The position numbers and the translations under genes were made by a program. 56,347 nt of DNA, taken from assembly GCA_964588415.1 (NCBI GenBank), contig CAZPPK010000001.1, positions 1-56,347 of the forward strand. The letters run 5' to 3'. Shown here one piece after another: positions 20,129 to 28,453 of the stretch; position 1 is the first letter of the stretch, and every line of letters begins with the position of its first letter. The stretch comes from an uncultured Lentimicrobiaceae bacterium. Its GTDB lineage: Bacteria > Bacteroidota > Bacteroidia > Bacteroidales > F082. The notes under the pieces are model-generated. The model was not told where the DNA came from. It searched no databases and was given only the letters and a program-made list of their open reading frames with translations.

Positions 20129-20764
20129 ATGCTCGAAGATGTTTTATTGATTGAAGACAAGCACCGTGAAGTTGCTGCCGGAATTATTGAAGAAATTCTA
20201 AAAAATAAAAAGGATAAATATATTATCGCTATTTCCGGAGAATCGGGATCGGGAAAATCCGAACTGGCCCATGTGGTGGCCAAAGGACTTCGTAAATACA
20301 ACATTTTTTGCAAACCGGTCCATCTGGATAATTTCTTTAAAACTCTTCCACTGGAGCGCCGGGCATGGCGGGAAAAGAATGGTGTAGCCAATGTAGTAGG
20401 TTTGGGAGAGATCAATTGGGAAGGCATCCAACAAACCGTGGATGATTTTAAAAATAATAGGAAATCGAGTATGCCTTGCGTCGATTTGGTAACAGAACAC
20501 GTGGATACTTTAACAACCGATTTTAAGGGAATTGACATGCTGGTATTGGACGGGTTGTATGCTGTTAATACCGAAGGTGTTGATTTGCATGTTTTTATTG
20601 AACTTACATACCACGAAACGAAAAAAGCACAAACTTCCAGGGGAAAAGAGAAAACAGACGATTTGCGTATGCAAACGCTGGAAGCTGAGCACAAAGCAGT
20701 GCAATCTCTCAGGCCTAAAGCAAATCTTTTAGTGAACATGGATTATAAGCTGGTAAAATCTTGA
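20129..20764 (+). CDS. Uridine kinase/PRK-like P-loop kinase of unknown substrate
   Basis: Walker A IAISGESGSGKS, plus HLDNFFK and VLDGLYA; 71 bp downstream of the GH65 fusion on the same strand. Confidence 0.75.
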   Translation: MLEDVLLIEDKHREVAAGIIEEILKNKKDKYIIAISGESGSGKSELAHVVAKGLRKYNIFCKPVHLDNFFKTLPLERRAWREKNGVANVVGLGEINWEGIQQTVDDFKNNRKSSMPCVDLVTEHVDTLTTDFKGIDMLVLDGLYAVNTEGVDLHVFIELTYHETKKAQTSRGKEKTDDLRMQTLEAEHKAVQSLRPKANLLVNMDYKLVKS

Positions 20765-20774
20765 TTTAAAGGGA

Positions 20775-21563
20775 TTAATCTTTTTTCAAAAAATCAGCAA
20801 TTTTTCGGACAACTTCTTTCTGATGATCAACATGCGGATGGTGGCTGCAATGATCAAGTATGTGAATTTCTTTGGGAGTAGTGACAAGTTTCCTGATATT
20901 TTCTATTTGCTGCAGGCTTGTGTACTGATCATTTTTGCCATGAAAAGCCTGAACGGGAACATCAATTTTGGTTAATTCTTCCAAAATATTCCATGAACTG
21001 AAAAATGGCGCCGTCCAGGTTTTGCTCCATGCGTAAAAAACCGCATCTGTTTTTTTCCCATGATATTTTGACAGGGCCAGTTTGAGTTTGTTTTCAGGTT
21101 CTTCATAAACTTTCATCACAGCTTCTATGGAAGGTGTTATTCCGGGTTCATTTCTTGTGTTTGCAGATAATGTAACCACTTTTAACAAACCCTTTGGATG
21201 ATTTGAAGCATGAATCAAAGCCAGCGAACCACCCTCGCTGTGCCCCACCAGATAATACGAATTGATGTTAAGAGTTCTGATAAGTTTCTGAAGCAGTTTT
21301 TCCTCTTTATGAATATAATCTAAACCCCTTTCATCCCTGAGCGGGCTGGATTTTCCATATCCCAACCGGTCATATACAATAGCACGAAAACCTGTTGCCT
21401 TAACCAGTTTTTCCGGAAAATTTTTCCATTGTTCAATAGAGCCTAACCCTTCATGAAGAAAAATGACAGCAGGAGCTTCAGGAATAATTCTCTTATCCTG
21501 ATAAATCTCCCGGACAAACAATTTTATCCCCGAAAGGGAAATCCAGATATCGCGATGAAACAT
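20775..21563 (-). CDS. Alpha/beta-fold hydrolase
   Basis: FLHEGLG, DRLGYGKS, nucleophile elbow GHSEGG, GKNDQY and a C-terminal His; ATG 21563 abuts the MFS stop. Confidence 0.88.
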   Translation of the reverse strand: MFHRDIWISLSGIKLFVREIYQDKRIIPEAPAVIFLHEGLGSIEQWKNFPEKLVKATGFRAIVYDRLGYGKSSPLRDERGLDYIHKEEKLLQKLIRTLNINSYYLVGHSEGGSLALIHASNHPKGLLKVVTLSANTRNEPGITPSIEAVMKVYEEPENKLKLALSKYHGKKTDAVFYAWSKTWTAPFFSSWNILEELTKIDVPVQAFHGKNDQYTSLQQIENIRKLVTTPKEIHILDHCSHHPHVDHQKEVVRKIADFLKKD

Positions 21564-21564
21564 A

Positions 21565-23088
21565 TTAATCAGCACCGTCTTTAACAAACAAAACCAAAAC
21601 TGAAGCCAGGAACATCGAAATTCCACCTAAAACTAAAGCATAGATGGCATCACTGTGGAAAAATTTATCGAGAAAGAATCCCAAAATTGCCGCAGCCACA
21701 ATTTGAGGGATCACAATAAAATAATTGAAAATACCCATGTAAATACCCATTTTATCATGTGGCAAGGCATTGGTAAGAATGGCGTAAGGAATGGAAAGGA
21801 TACTGGCCCAAGCAACGCCAACACCCAACATCGAAAAAATCAGTATGTTTTTGTCGTGGATGAAATAAATGGATACGAGTCCTAGTCCACCAAGGATCAG
21901 GGCTATTGAATGGGTGATCTTGCGGTTTGTCAGTTTGGCCATGGGCGTTAAACCCCAGGCCACAAGGGCCGCAAATCCGTTATAAACTGCAAATAATATA
22001 GAAACCCAGTCGGCTCCATTGTTATAAGTTGCAGAAGAAGTATTTGTTGAATGGAAAATATATTCAGTAATGGCGGGTGTGGTATAAATCCACATGGCAA
22101 AAAGGGCAAACCAGCTAAAAAATTGTACCAAAGCCAATTGAATCATGGTTTTGGGCATGCCGAACATGTCATTCATAATCTCTACAAGCGCCGACTTATA
22201 ACTTCTTTTTAACTGCAGGCTTCCGGAAATGATCATCAAAATTCCAAATGCAACAAAGCCAAAAGATAACACATAAAGATCTTTTGTCAGTTCCGCATGA
22301 TAAAACCAAAACGTCAGCAGTGCTCCAACCAAGAGCCATAGGAAACCATTAATGAGTTGCTTCTTCCCTTTTTTCACAAGAACTTCTGGATCAATTTCTT
22401 TCAAAACTTCCTTTTCATGAACTTCAACTTCATTAAAAGAATCAAGTTGTTCAGGAGTATATTCTTTTGTTGTAATGATGGTCCACAAGACGGAAATAAA
22501 ATAAACGGCACCCCCCAGATAAAACGACCATCGCACCGAAGGCGGAATAACGCCTTCCGGAGCCGTATTACTAATGTGAAACCAGTTGGTCATAACCCAC
22601 GGAAGAACGCTGGCAATTACCGCACCCGTGCCGATAAAAAAGCTCTGCATGGCGAATCCCTGTGTCCGCTGATCGTTAGGAAGCATATCGCCAACAAAAG
22701 CTCTGAAAGGTTCCATGGAAATATTAATGGAAGCATCCAAAATCCAGAGCATTCCGGCAGCCATCCACAAGACTGATGAATGAGGCATTATCAATAGCGC
22801 AATTGAAGCTAACAGCGCCCCAGCCAGAAAATAGGGTCTTCTCCTTCCCAAACGGGACCATGTCTTGTCGCTGTAATGTCCGATAATAGGCTGAACCAAA
22901 AGCCCGGTTACGGGTGCAGCGACCCACAAAATTGACAGGTTTCCAATATTAGCGCCCAGCGTTTGAAAAATCCTGCTGACATTGGCATTTTGCAAAGCGA
23001 AACCAAATTGGATCCCGAAAAACCCAACGCTCATATTCCATATTTGCCAAAAATTAAGATGCGGTTTTTTAGTCATTTCATCCATCAT
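21565..23088 (-). CDS. SLC45/MalT-like MFS maltose/sucrose transporter
   Basis: WQIWNMSVGFFGIQFGFALQ, VQPIIGHYSDKT, GRRRPY, DASINISMEPFRA, MGIFNYFIVIPQI. Exact start uncertain (23088, 23085 or 23076). Confidence 0.88.
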   Translation of the reverse strand: MMDEMTKKPHLNFWQIWNMSVGFFGIQFGFALQNANVSRIFQTLGANIGNLSILWVAAPVTGLLVQPIIGHYSDKTWSRLGRRRPYFLAGALLASIALLIMPHSSVLWMAAGMLWILDASINISMEPFRAFVGDMLPNDQRTQGFAMQSFFIGTGAVIASVLPWVMTNWFHISNTAPEGVIPPSVRWSFYLGGAVYFISVLWTIITTKEYTPEQLDSFNEVEVHEKEVLKEIDPEVLVKKGKKQLINGFLWLLVGALLTFWFYHAELTKDLYVLSFGFVAFGILMIISGSLQLKRSYKSALVEIMNDMFGMPKTMIQLALVQFFSWFALFAMWIYTTPAITEYIFHSTNTSSATYNNGADWVSILFAVYNGFAALVAWGLTPMAKLTNRKITHSIALILGGLGLVSIYFIHDKNILIFSMLGVGVAWASILSIPYAILTNALPHDKMGIYMGIFNYFIVIPQIVAAAILGFFLDKFFHSDAIYALVLGGISMFLASVLVLFVKDGAD

Positions 23089-23139
23089 TATTTGAGTGCC
23101 CGAAAATATGTCATTTTCCATTAACAACCAAACGGTAGA

Positions 23140-23258
23140 GGATGTTGGGATGTGTAGATGTAGCAACGTGAAGTGTGAATCGTATGCTCATTCATCCTTT
23201 ATTATTCATTCACAACAATTTGAATCCCAAGATCCACACATCCTCACATCTTACATCC
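23140..23258. repeat. Inverted array of degenerate 8-mer repeats (GATGTnnn ... nnnACATC)
   Basis: GATGTTGG GATGTGTA GATGTAGC on the left; ATCCCAAG ATCCACAC ATCCTCAC ATCTTAC ATCC on the right. Confidence 0.55.
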
Positions 23259-23292
23259 AAAAAGAGGTCGCCTTTTTTAGGACAACCTCTTT
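23259..23292 (-). terminator. Intrinsic terminator of the 24636-23314 gene
   Basis: Minus strand reads AGAGGTTGTCC-TAAAAAA-GGCGACCTCT-TTTT. Confidence 0.7.
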
Positions 23293-23313
23293 ACATCGCA
23301 ACTAAACAAAAAA

Positions 23314-24636
23314 TTATTTTAGATTTTCATTTGCTGGCATCCCATTGCATAATGGGAAGAAGTGTTCATCCGGATGTGCCGGATCATACAGTAAAAAGCG
23401 TACATCTGACATCATTCTATGCTTTCCATGAAAGCTCATCATTCTGCCTTTGGGAGGTATCATTCTAACATGAGCAGCCCCCATCGGACGACCAAAATCT
23501 TTATTTCTCATTTGTTTGAAAATTATCTGGGATATCCCTTTTTTCCATTTGGGCAAATATTGCTTTAGGTTGTCCAGCGTTGCGTGCAACTGGCCGTAAT
23601 GCCTTAAAGCAATTTCGCGAACGACGATCATGTTTTTTTCCAAATTCAGCCGCATTGCCATACGGGTTGAATCGTTCATTTTTTGCCCGGGCACTTTTGC
23701 TCTCTCTTCTCTGTATTTTTTCATCTCAGCCTTGATATCCGCAATATTTTTCCGTGTGTTCTTGATATCTCTTTTTTCTGAACTCTTCAACACTTTGTCA
23801 AAAGCAGTTCTTTCTTTGTTCAACACCGGAAAAATATTTTTCTGCGCATAAGCCAGCATTTCCTTTTTAACTTCCGGATTCATGGCTCTCATCATACCGG
23901 GGCGTGCATGCATCTGATATCTTTCCTGCATTCCGAATTTTCCATAACCACGTTGATGACCAAATTCCCTATTCATCATCCCCATACGGTGATACCGGCT
24001 GTTTCTGTTCATTCTTCCATAATCGCACATCATTCCTTTGCCCATCGGCTGCTTATTCATTCTGCCGGGGCCATAGTTTCCATATCCCATTCGGGGCATC
24101 ATGGCAAAATTGTGAGCATCAAAGAGCAAACCAAAAGCAGGATCGCTCAACCTGTCTATTGCAAAAGCAGGACCCCGATTGTTACGGTTCATGGCGCGGC
24201 CATACCCCATAGTATTTTTATCTCTGATAGACTTAATGTTAGTTGTCCACTTTGTTTTCATTGCTTCAATTGCATTTTTGTAAGCAGTGGATGCTTTTGG
24301 GTGCGCATCAGTAATTTTTTTTACCTGATCCAGCAGGTTCTGAACTTCAGCTCTGTGGTTCTGCATCATCCCGGTTCCAGGCCCCATATTTCCAGATCTC
24401 AGATCTTTAAATTCTTTCTGGATTTTGGTCAGTTCCTGTTTTTCTGAAGACGTAAGAACAGCTATAAACTTACCTTGTTCCTGTTTTACAACGGGGACTA
24501 CGTTTTTCTGAATGTACTCTCTTACAGGAGCCGGTTTCTGTTGCTGCTGTTGTGGTGGCGGAGTTTGTTGCTGAGCTATGACCATTTGTGTCCCGGCGAA
24601 AATCAGCACTACGATAAGCATTCCAAATTTTTTCAT
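23314..24636 (-). CDS. Exported hypothetical protein with two homologous helical domains and Met/Gly/Arg-rich linkers
   Basis: Signal peptide MKKFGMLIVVLIFAGTQMVIA; internal repeat YIQKNVVPVVKQEQGKFIAVLTSSEKQEL / YAQKNIFPVLNKERTAFDKVLKSSEKRDI. Start moved to ATG 24636. Confidence 0.8.
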   Translation of the reverse strand: MKKFGMLIVVLIFAGTQMVIAQQQTPPPQQQQQKPAPVREYIQKNVVPVVKQEQGKFIAVLTSSEKQELTKIQKEFKDLRSGNMGPGTGMMQNHRAEVQNLLDQVKKITDAHPKASTAYKNAIEAMKTKWTTNIKSIRDKNTMGYGRAMNRNNRGPAFAIDRLSDPAFGLLFDAHNFAMMPRMGYGNYGPGRMNKQPMGKGMMCDYGRMNRNSRYHRMGMMNREFGHQRGYGKFGMQERYQMHARPGMMRAMNPEVKKEMLAYAQKNIFPVLNKERTAFDKVLKSSEKRDIKNTRKNIADIKAEMKKYREERAKVPGQKMNDSTRMAMRLNLEKNMIVVREIALRHYGQLHATLDNLKQYLPKWKKGISQIIFKQMRNKDFGRPMGAAHVRMIPPKGRMMSFHGKHRMMSDVRFLLYDPAHPDEHFFPLCNGMPANENLK

Positions 24637-24852
24637 TGATTTAATGTTTAAATGTTTGCCTTTTGACAAAAAAACCACCCTATGTATTCCCATTGTGTGG
24701 TAATTCTCGACAAAATTGGTTCAGGAGCAGACAAATCATGTTATATGACCCACAGAATAAATAGAAAGGTGGATATTCGTTTTTGAAATTTCATCTTTCC
24801 TTGAAGGACTATTATTTTTCCTGTATCAAAAAGATGAAGTCACCTAAAACAA

Positions 24853-24879
24853 GAAAACCCCGCATTTTGCGGGGTTTTC
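24853..24879 (-). terminator. Intrinsic terminator of the icd-gltA operon
   Basis: GAAAACCCCGC/GCGGGGTTTTC 11-bp stem followed by TTGTTTT on the minus strand. Confidence 0.75.
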
Positions 24880-24901
24880 AATATTATAAAAGCAAAAATT
24901 G

Positions 24902-24997
24902 ATGAACTACCCCCGCCGCAGAGCAGCGGGGTATCAAAAGGAGATTATTAATCGCCCCAAGGGGCGGGGAATTAATCCCTTGTCCGCCTCAGGCGGA
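24902..24997 (-). mobile_element. 96-bp non-autonomous IS200/IS605-like palindromic element, inserted at the gltA stop codon
   Basis: Identical to 33869-33964; three GC-rich hairpins; preceded by TTTAA and ending GTAGTTCAT on the minus strand; no target duplication. Confidence 0.8.
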
Positions 24998-26299
24998 TTA
25001 AATTCCTGCAACTTTTTCCAGCATATCGGTGGTCAATGATTTCGGCCTTTCGATAGGATAACCCAAAGCTCTGTCCCAGGTAATGTTTGCAAGAACGCCC
25101 ATGGCTCTTCCAACACCAAACAGAACGGTATAGAAATCATATTCACGCAGACCATAATACCATTGAATAACTCCTGACTGTGCATCAACATTCGGCCACG
25201 GATTCTTGGCTTTTCCCTGTTCTCTCAAAATATCTGGGACGACATCGTATAAGCGGGAAACGAAAGCAAAAATCGGGTCGTCGGGAAGGTGCTTCATGCA
25301 AAATTCGCGTTGCGACATGTAGCGCGGATCGGTTTTACGCAAAACAGCATGGCCGTATCCCGGAATTACCTGGCCACTGTTCAACGTTTCCCATACAAAT
25401 TTTTTCATTTCTTCTTCCGAAGGAAGTTTTCCGTCCATTTTCTTCATCACGCCCTGGATCCATTTCAAAACTTCCTGATTTGCCAAACCGTGCAAAGGAC
25501 CTGCCAGTCCGTCGAGACCTGCGGAAAGTGCATAATAGGCATCAGAAAGTGCTGAAGCCACCAAATGCGTAGCATGAGCAGAAACGTTTCCTGATTCGTG
25601 GTCAGAATGAATGATAAAATACATACGGGCAACATCGTCATAAGGAGCAGGAATTCCCATCATGTGGGCAAAATTCCCACCCATATCCAGGTTGTCGTCT
25701 TTTGCAATAATATCCCCATTCTTATATTTAAGCCTGTAAATAAAGGCAGCCACCATAGGAAGCCTGGCTATCAAATCGGTAGCGTCTTCATACATGGGTT
25801 CCCAGGCGGTCATTTTGTTAAATCCTTCAGCATAGAATTTAGCAAACTTTGATTCATTTTGCATTGAAAGAACAGCGGTGGAGAACATGGCCATAGGATG
25901 GGTATCCTTTGGCATGGCTTTCAGGATATCGTAAACGTACTGTGGGACATTGCTTCTTTCTTTAAATTCTTCAACCACATCCAGCGTTTCTTCCAAGGTT
26001 GGCACTTCACCTGTCAACAGGTAATACCAAAAACCTTCCACGTAAGGATAATCTTTTCCTTCCGGTTTGGGAAGAGCAGCCATTACTTCAGGGATAGTTT
26101 TCCCGCGAAAGCGGATCCCTTCAAAAGGATCGAGGTAGGAAATGTCGGTTACGAGGCCTTTTACTCCGCGCATCCCGCCAATGCATTGTTCAATCGTCAC
26201 ATCACCAACTTTGACATCGCCGAATTCTTTCAAAAGGCGTGTTGTTCTGGGCCGATGGGCTTCGATTTTTTCTCTTAATCTGTCTTTTAAAGTTGCCAT
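24998..26299 (-). CDS. gltA: Citrate (Si)-synthase, eukaryote/Geobacter-type
   Basis: GGMRG, LDPFEGIRFRG, HSDHESGNVSAH, GLAGPLHGLANQEV, PGYGHAVLRKTDPRY, NPWPNVDA, PIERPKS. Confidence 0.95.
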   Translation of the reverse strand: MATLKDRLREKIEAHRPRTTRLLKEFGDVKVGDVTIEQCIGGMRGVKGLVTDISYLDPFEGIRFRGKTIPEVMAALPKPEGKDYPYVEGFWYYLLTGEVPTLEETLDVVEEFKERSNVPQYVYDILKAMPKDTHPMAMFSTAVLSMQNESKFAKFYAEGFNKMTAWEPMYEDATDLIARLPMVAAFIYRLKYKNGDIIAKDDNLDMGGNFAHMMGIPAPYDDVARMYFIIHSDHESGNVSAHATHLVASALSDAYYALSAGLDGLAGPLHGLANQEVLKWIQGVMKKMDGKLPSEEEMKKFVWETLNSGQVIPGYGHAVLRKTDPRYMSQREFCMKHLPDDPIFAFVSRLYDVVPDILREQGKAKNPWPNVDAQSGVIQWYYGLREYDFYTVLFGVGRAMGVLANITWDRALGYPIERPKSLTTDMLEKVAGI

Positions 26300-26324
26300 A
26301 ACAATAATTTTTTGAGGTTAATAA

Positions 26325-27557
26325 TTATTTTGAACCCAATTTGATCTGGAGGTTCTGGTCTAAAGCATCCAAAAATTGTTCTGTGGTAAGATAATCTTTA
26401 TCCGTCATTTTATCCCCTTTAACTAGCATGGCGAGATCTTTGGTCATTTTACCGGATTCAACAGTTTCAACGCAAACCTGTTCCAAAGCGTTTGCAAAAT
26501 CAATCAGTTCCTGATGGTCATCGAATTTTCCACGATACGCTAAACCGCGGGTCCAGGCATAGATTGATGCAATAGGATTGGTGGAAGTTGCTTTCCCCTG
26601 TTGATGCTGGCGATAGTGACGAGTAACAGTTCCGTGTGCAGCTTCAGCCTCAACAGTATTTCCATCAGGTGTTAACAACACAGAAGTCATCAATCCAAGA
26701 GAGCCGAAGCCCTGTGCCAGAATATCTGACTGTACGTCACCATCGTAATTCTTTGTAGCCCAGACAAAACCGCCGTCCTTTTTCATTACCTGGGCAACCA
26801 TATCGTCGATCAGGCGGTGTTCATAATAGATACCTTTTTCTTCAAATTTATCTTTGAATTCGTTGTCATAAATTTCCTGGAAAATATCTTTAAACCGACC
26901 GTCGTATTTTTTCAGAATTGTATTTTTTGTGGAAAGGTAGAGTATCTGTTCTTTTTCCAGTGCCATATTAAAGCAAGAATGGGCAAATCCGCGGATGGAA
27001 TCATCAGTATTATACATTGCCATCGCTACACCGTCGCCTTCAAAATCAAATACTTCATATTCCTGTTGAGCACTGCCATCTTCAGGTACGAATTTAATGG
27101 TTAGTTTGCCTTTTCCTTTAGTCACAAAATCAGTTGCACGATATTGATCACCAAAAGCATGACGTCCAATAATAATTGGTTTTTCCCATCCGGGAACCAA
27201 TCTTGGAATATTTTTCATCAAAATAGGTTCGCGAAAAACTGTACCTCCTAAAATATTTCGAACAGTACCATTGGGAGATTTCCACATTTTTTTCAAACCA
27301 AATTCTTCAACTCTTTGTTCATCTGGTGTAATGGTGGCGCATTTTACGCCTACACGATATTTTTTAATAGCGTTGGCAGAATCAATAGTAATCTGATCAT
27401 TGGTTTCATCCCTTTTTTCAATACCAAGGTCATAATATTTTAAATCAATGTCCAGATATGGCAAAATCAATTTGTCTTTAATCATTGCCCAAATAATCCG
27501 TGTCATTTCATCTCCATCCAGCTCGACTACCGGATTTTTTACTTTAATTTTCTCCAT
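26325..27557 (-). CDS. icd: NADP-dependent isocitrate dehydrogenase (IDH1/2-like type II)
   Basis: [65 protein letters not shown]. Confidence 0.96.
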   Translation of the reverse strand: MEKIKVKNPVVELDGDEMTRIIWAMIKDKLILPYLDIDLKYYDLGIEKRDETNDQITIDSANAIKKYRVGVKCATITPDEQRVEEFGLKKMWKSPNGTVRNILGGTVFREPILMKNIPRLVPGWEKPIIIGRHAFGDQYRATDFVTKGKGKLTIKFVPEDGSAQQEYEVFDFEGDGVAMAMYNTDDSIRGFAHSCFNMALEKEQILYLSTKNTILKKYDGRFKDIFQEIYDNEFKDKFEEKGIYYEHRLIDDMVAQVMKKDGGFVWATKNYDGDVQSDILAQGFGSLGLMTSVLLTPDGNTVEAEAAHGTVTRHYRQHQQGKATSTNPIASIYAWTRGLAYRGKFDDHQELIDFANALEQVCVETVESGKMTKDLAMLVKGDKMTDKDYLTTEQFLDALDQNLQIKLGSK

Positions 27558-27962
27558 CGTTTTTACTATATGTAAATGTAATTATATAATTAATTTTTTG
27601 TGTCTGTAAAATTACAATATCTTGGGCTATATTGGTAAATATTTTTATTAATCCTGTTAATTTAAAACAGGTACAAATTACGCGTGCGTAATACATATAC
27701 AATTCGCTGTAAAATAGTTAATACCACTTGTAGTAATATTTTAGCACAGTGTTCTGAATGAGTTTGTGTATAATTTTAAGGAAGTTTAACGAATTGAAAA
27801 GCATGAGTACCTATTTTAGGTATGAAAGATGTCACGTCACAAAAAATGTTGCCCGGTCAGTAGTTCTCCGTTTACCGACAAAACACCTCAAGTCGCCGAA
27901 TTTTTATTTTCTGAGGCGTTCTGAACACATATTTTTGCATCAGAAATAAAAAATCCATCATC

Positions 27963-28448
27963 ATGAGAAATTCAAAGAAATTGTACCGATCACGAAGAGA
28001 CAAAGTCGTTGGAGGCGTGGCCGGAGGACTTGCAGAATATTTTGAAATTGATGTCGTTATTTTTAGGCTGCTTTTCGTTCTTCTTGCCTTGATGGGAGGA
28101 GGTGGAGTCATTGGCTACATCATACTGTTGATCGTTGTTCCTATGGAACCTTATTTTACTCCTTACGCTGAAACTGCTCCTGGAGCACAACCTGATCCAG
28201 CTAATCCAGAAAACACACAACAGTCCAATCCCGGGAAACAGGACACTGCAAATAGCACTCTGGAACATGAGAGTGATAGAAAATCAAATACCGGGATGGT
28301 AGCAGGGGTAATCCTGATCGTTCTGGGGATGGTATTTCTGGCCAATCACATGGTGCCCTGGTTTCGGCTGCATGATTTCTGGCCGCTCTTGTTAATTGTC
28401 GCCGGAATTTTTATTATTGAACCTAATTTACTCAACTCTAAAAAATAA
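27963..28448 (+). CDS. pspC: PspC-domain membrane protein with a C-terminal LiaF/DUF5668-like TM hairpin
   Basis: KKLYRSRRDKVVGGVAGGLAEYFEIDVVIFR; C-terminal GVILIVLG...FWPLLLI; TATTTTTG box at 27930-27937. Confidence 0.88.
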   Translation: MRNSKKLYRSRRDKVVGGVAGGLAEYFEIDVVIFRLLFVLLALMGGGGVIGYIILLIVVPMEPYFTPYAETAPGAQPDPANPENTQQSNPGKQDTANSTLEHESDRKSNTGMVAGVILIVLGMVFLANHMVPWFRLHDFWPLLLIVAGIFIIEPNLLNSKK

Positions 28449-28453
28449 AAGCC

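Noticed and set aside
20113-20739. Long antisense ORFs (e.g. 20113-20739, 34734-35555, 8885-9490, 48457-49041)
   Set aside because: They are shadows of well-supported genes on the opposite strand.
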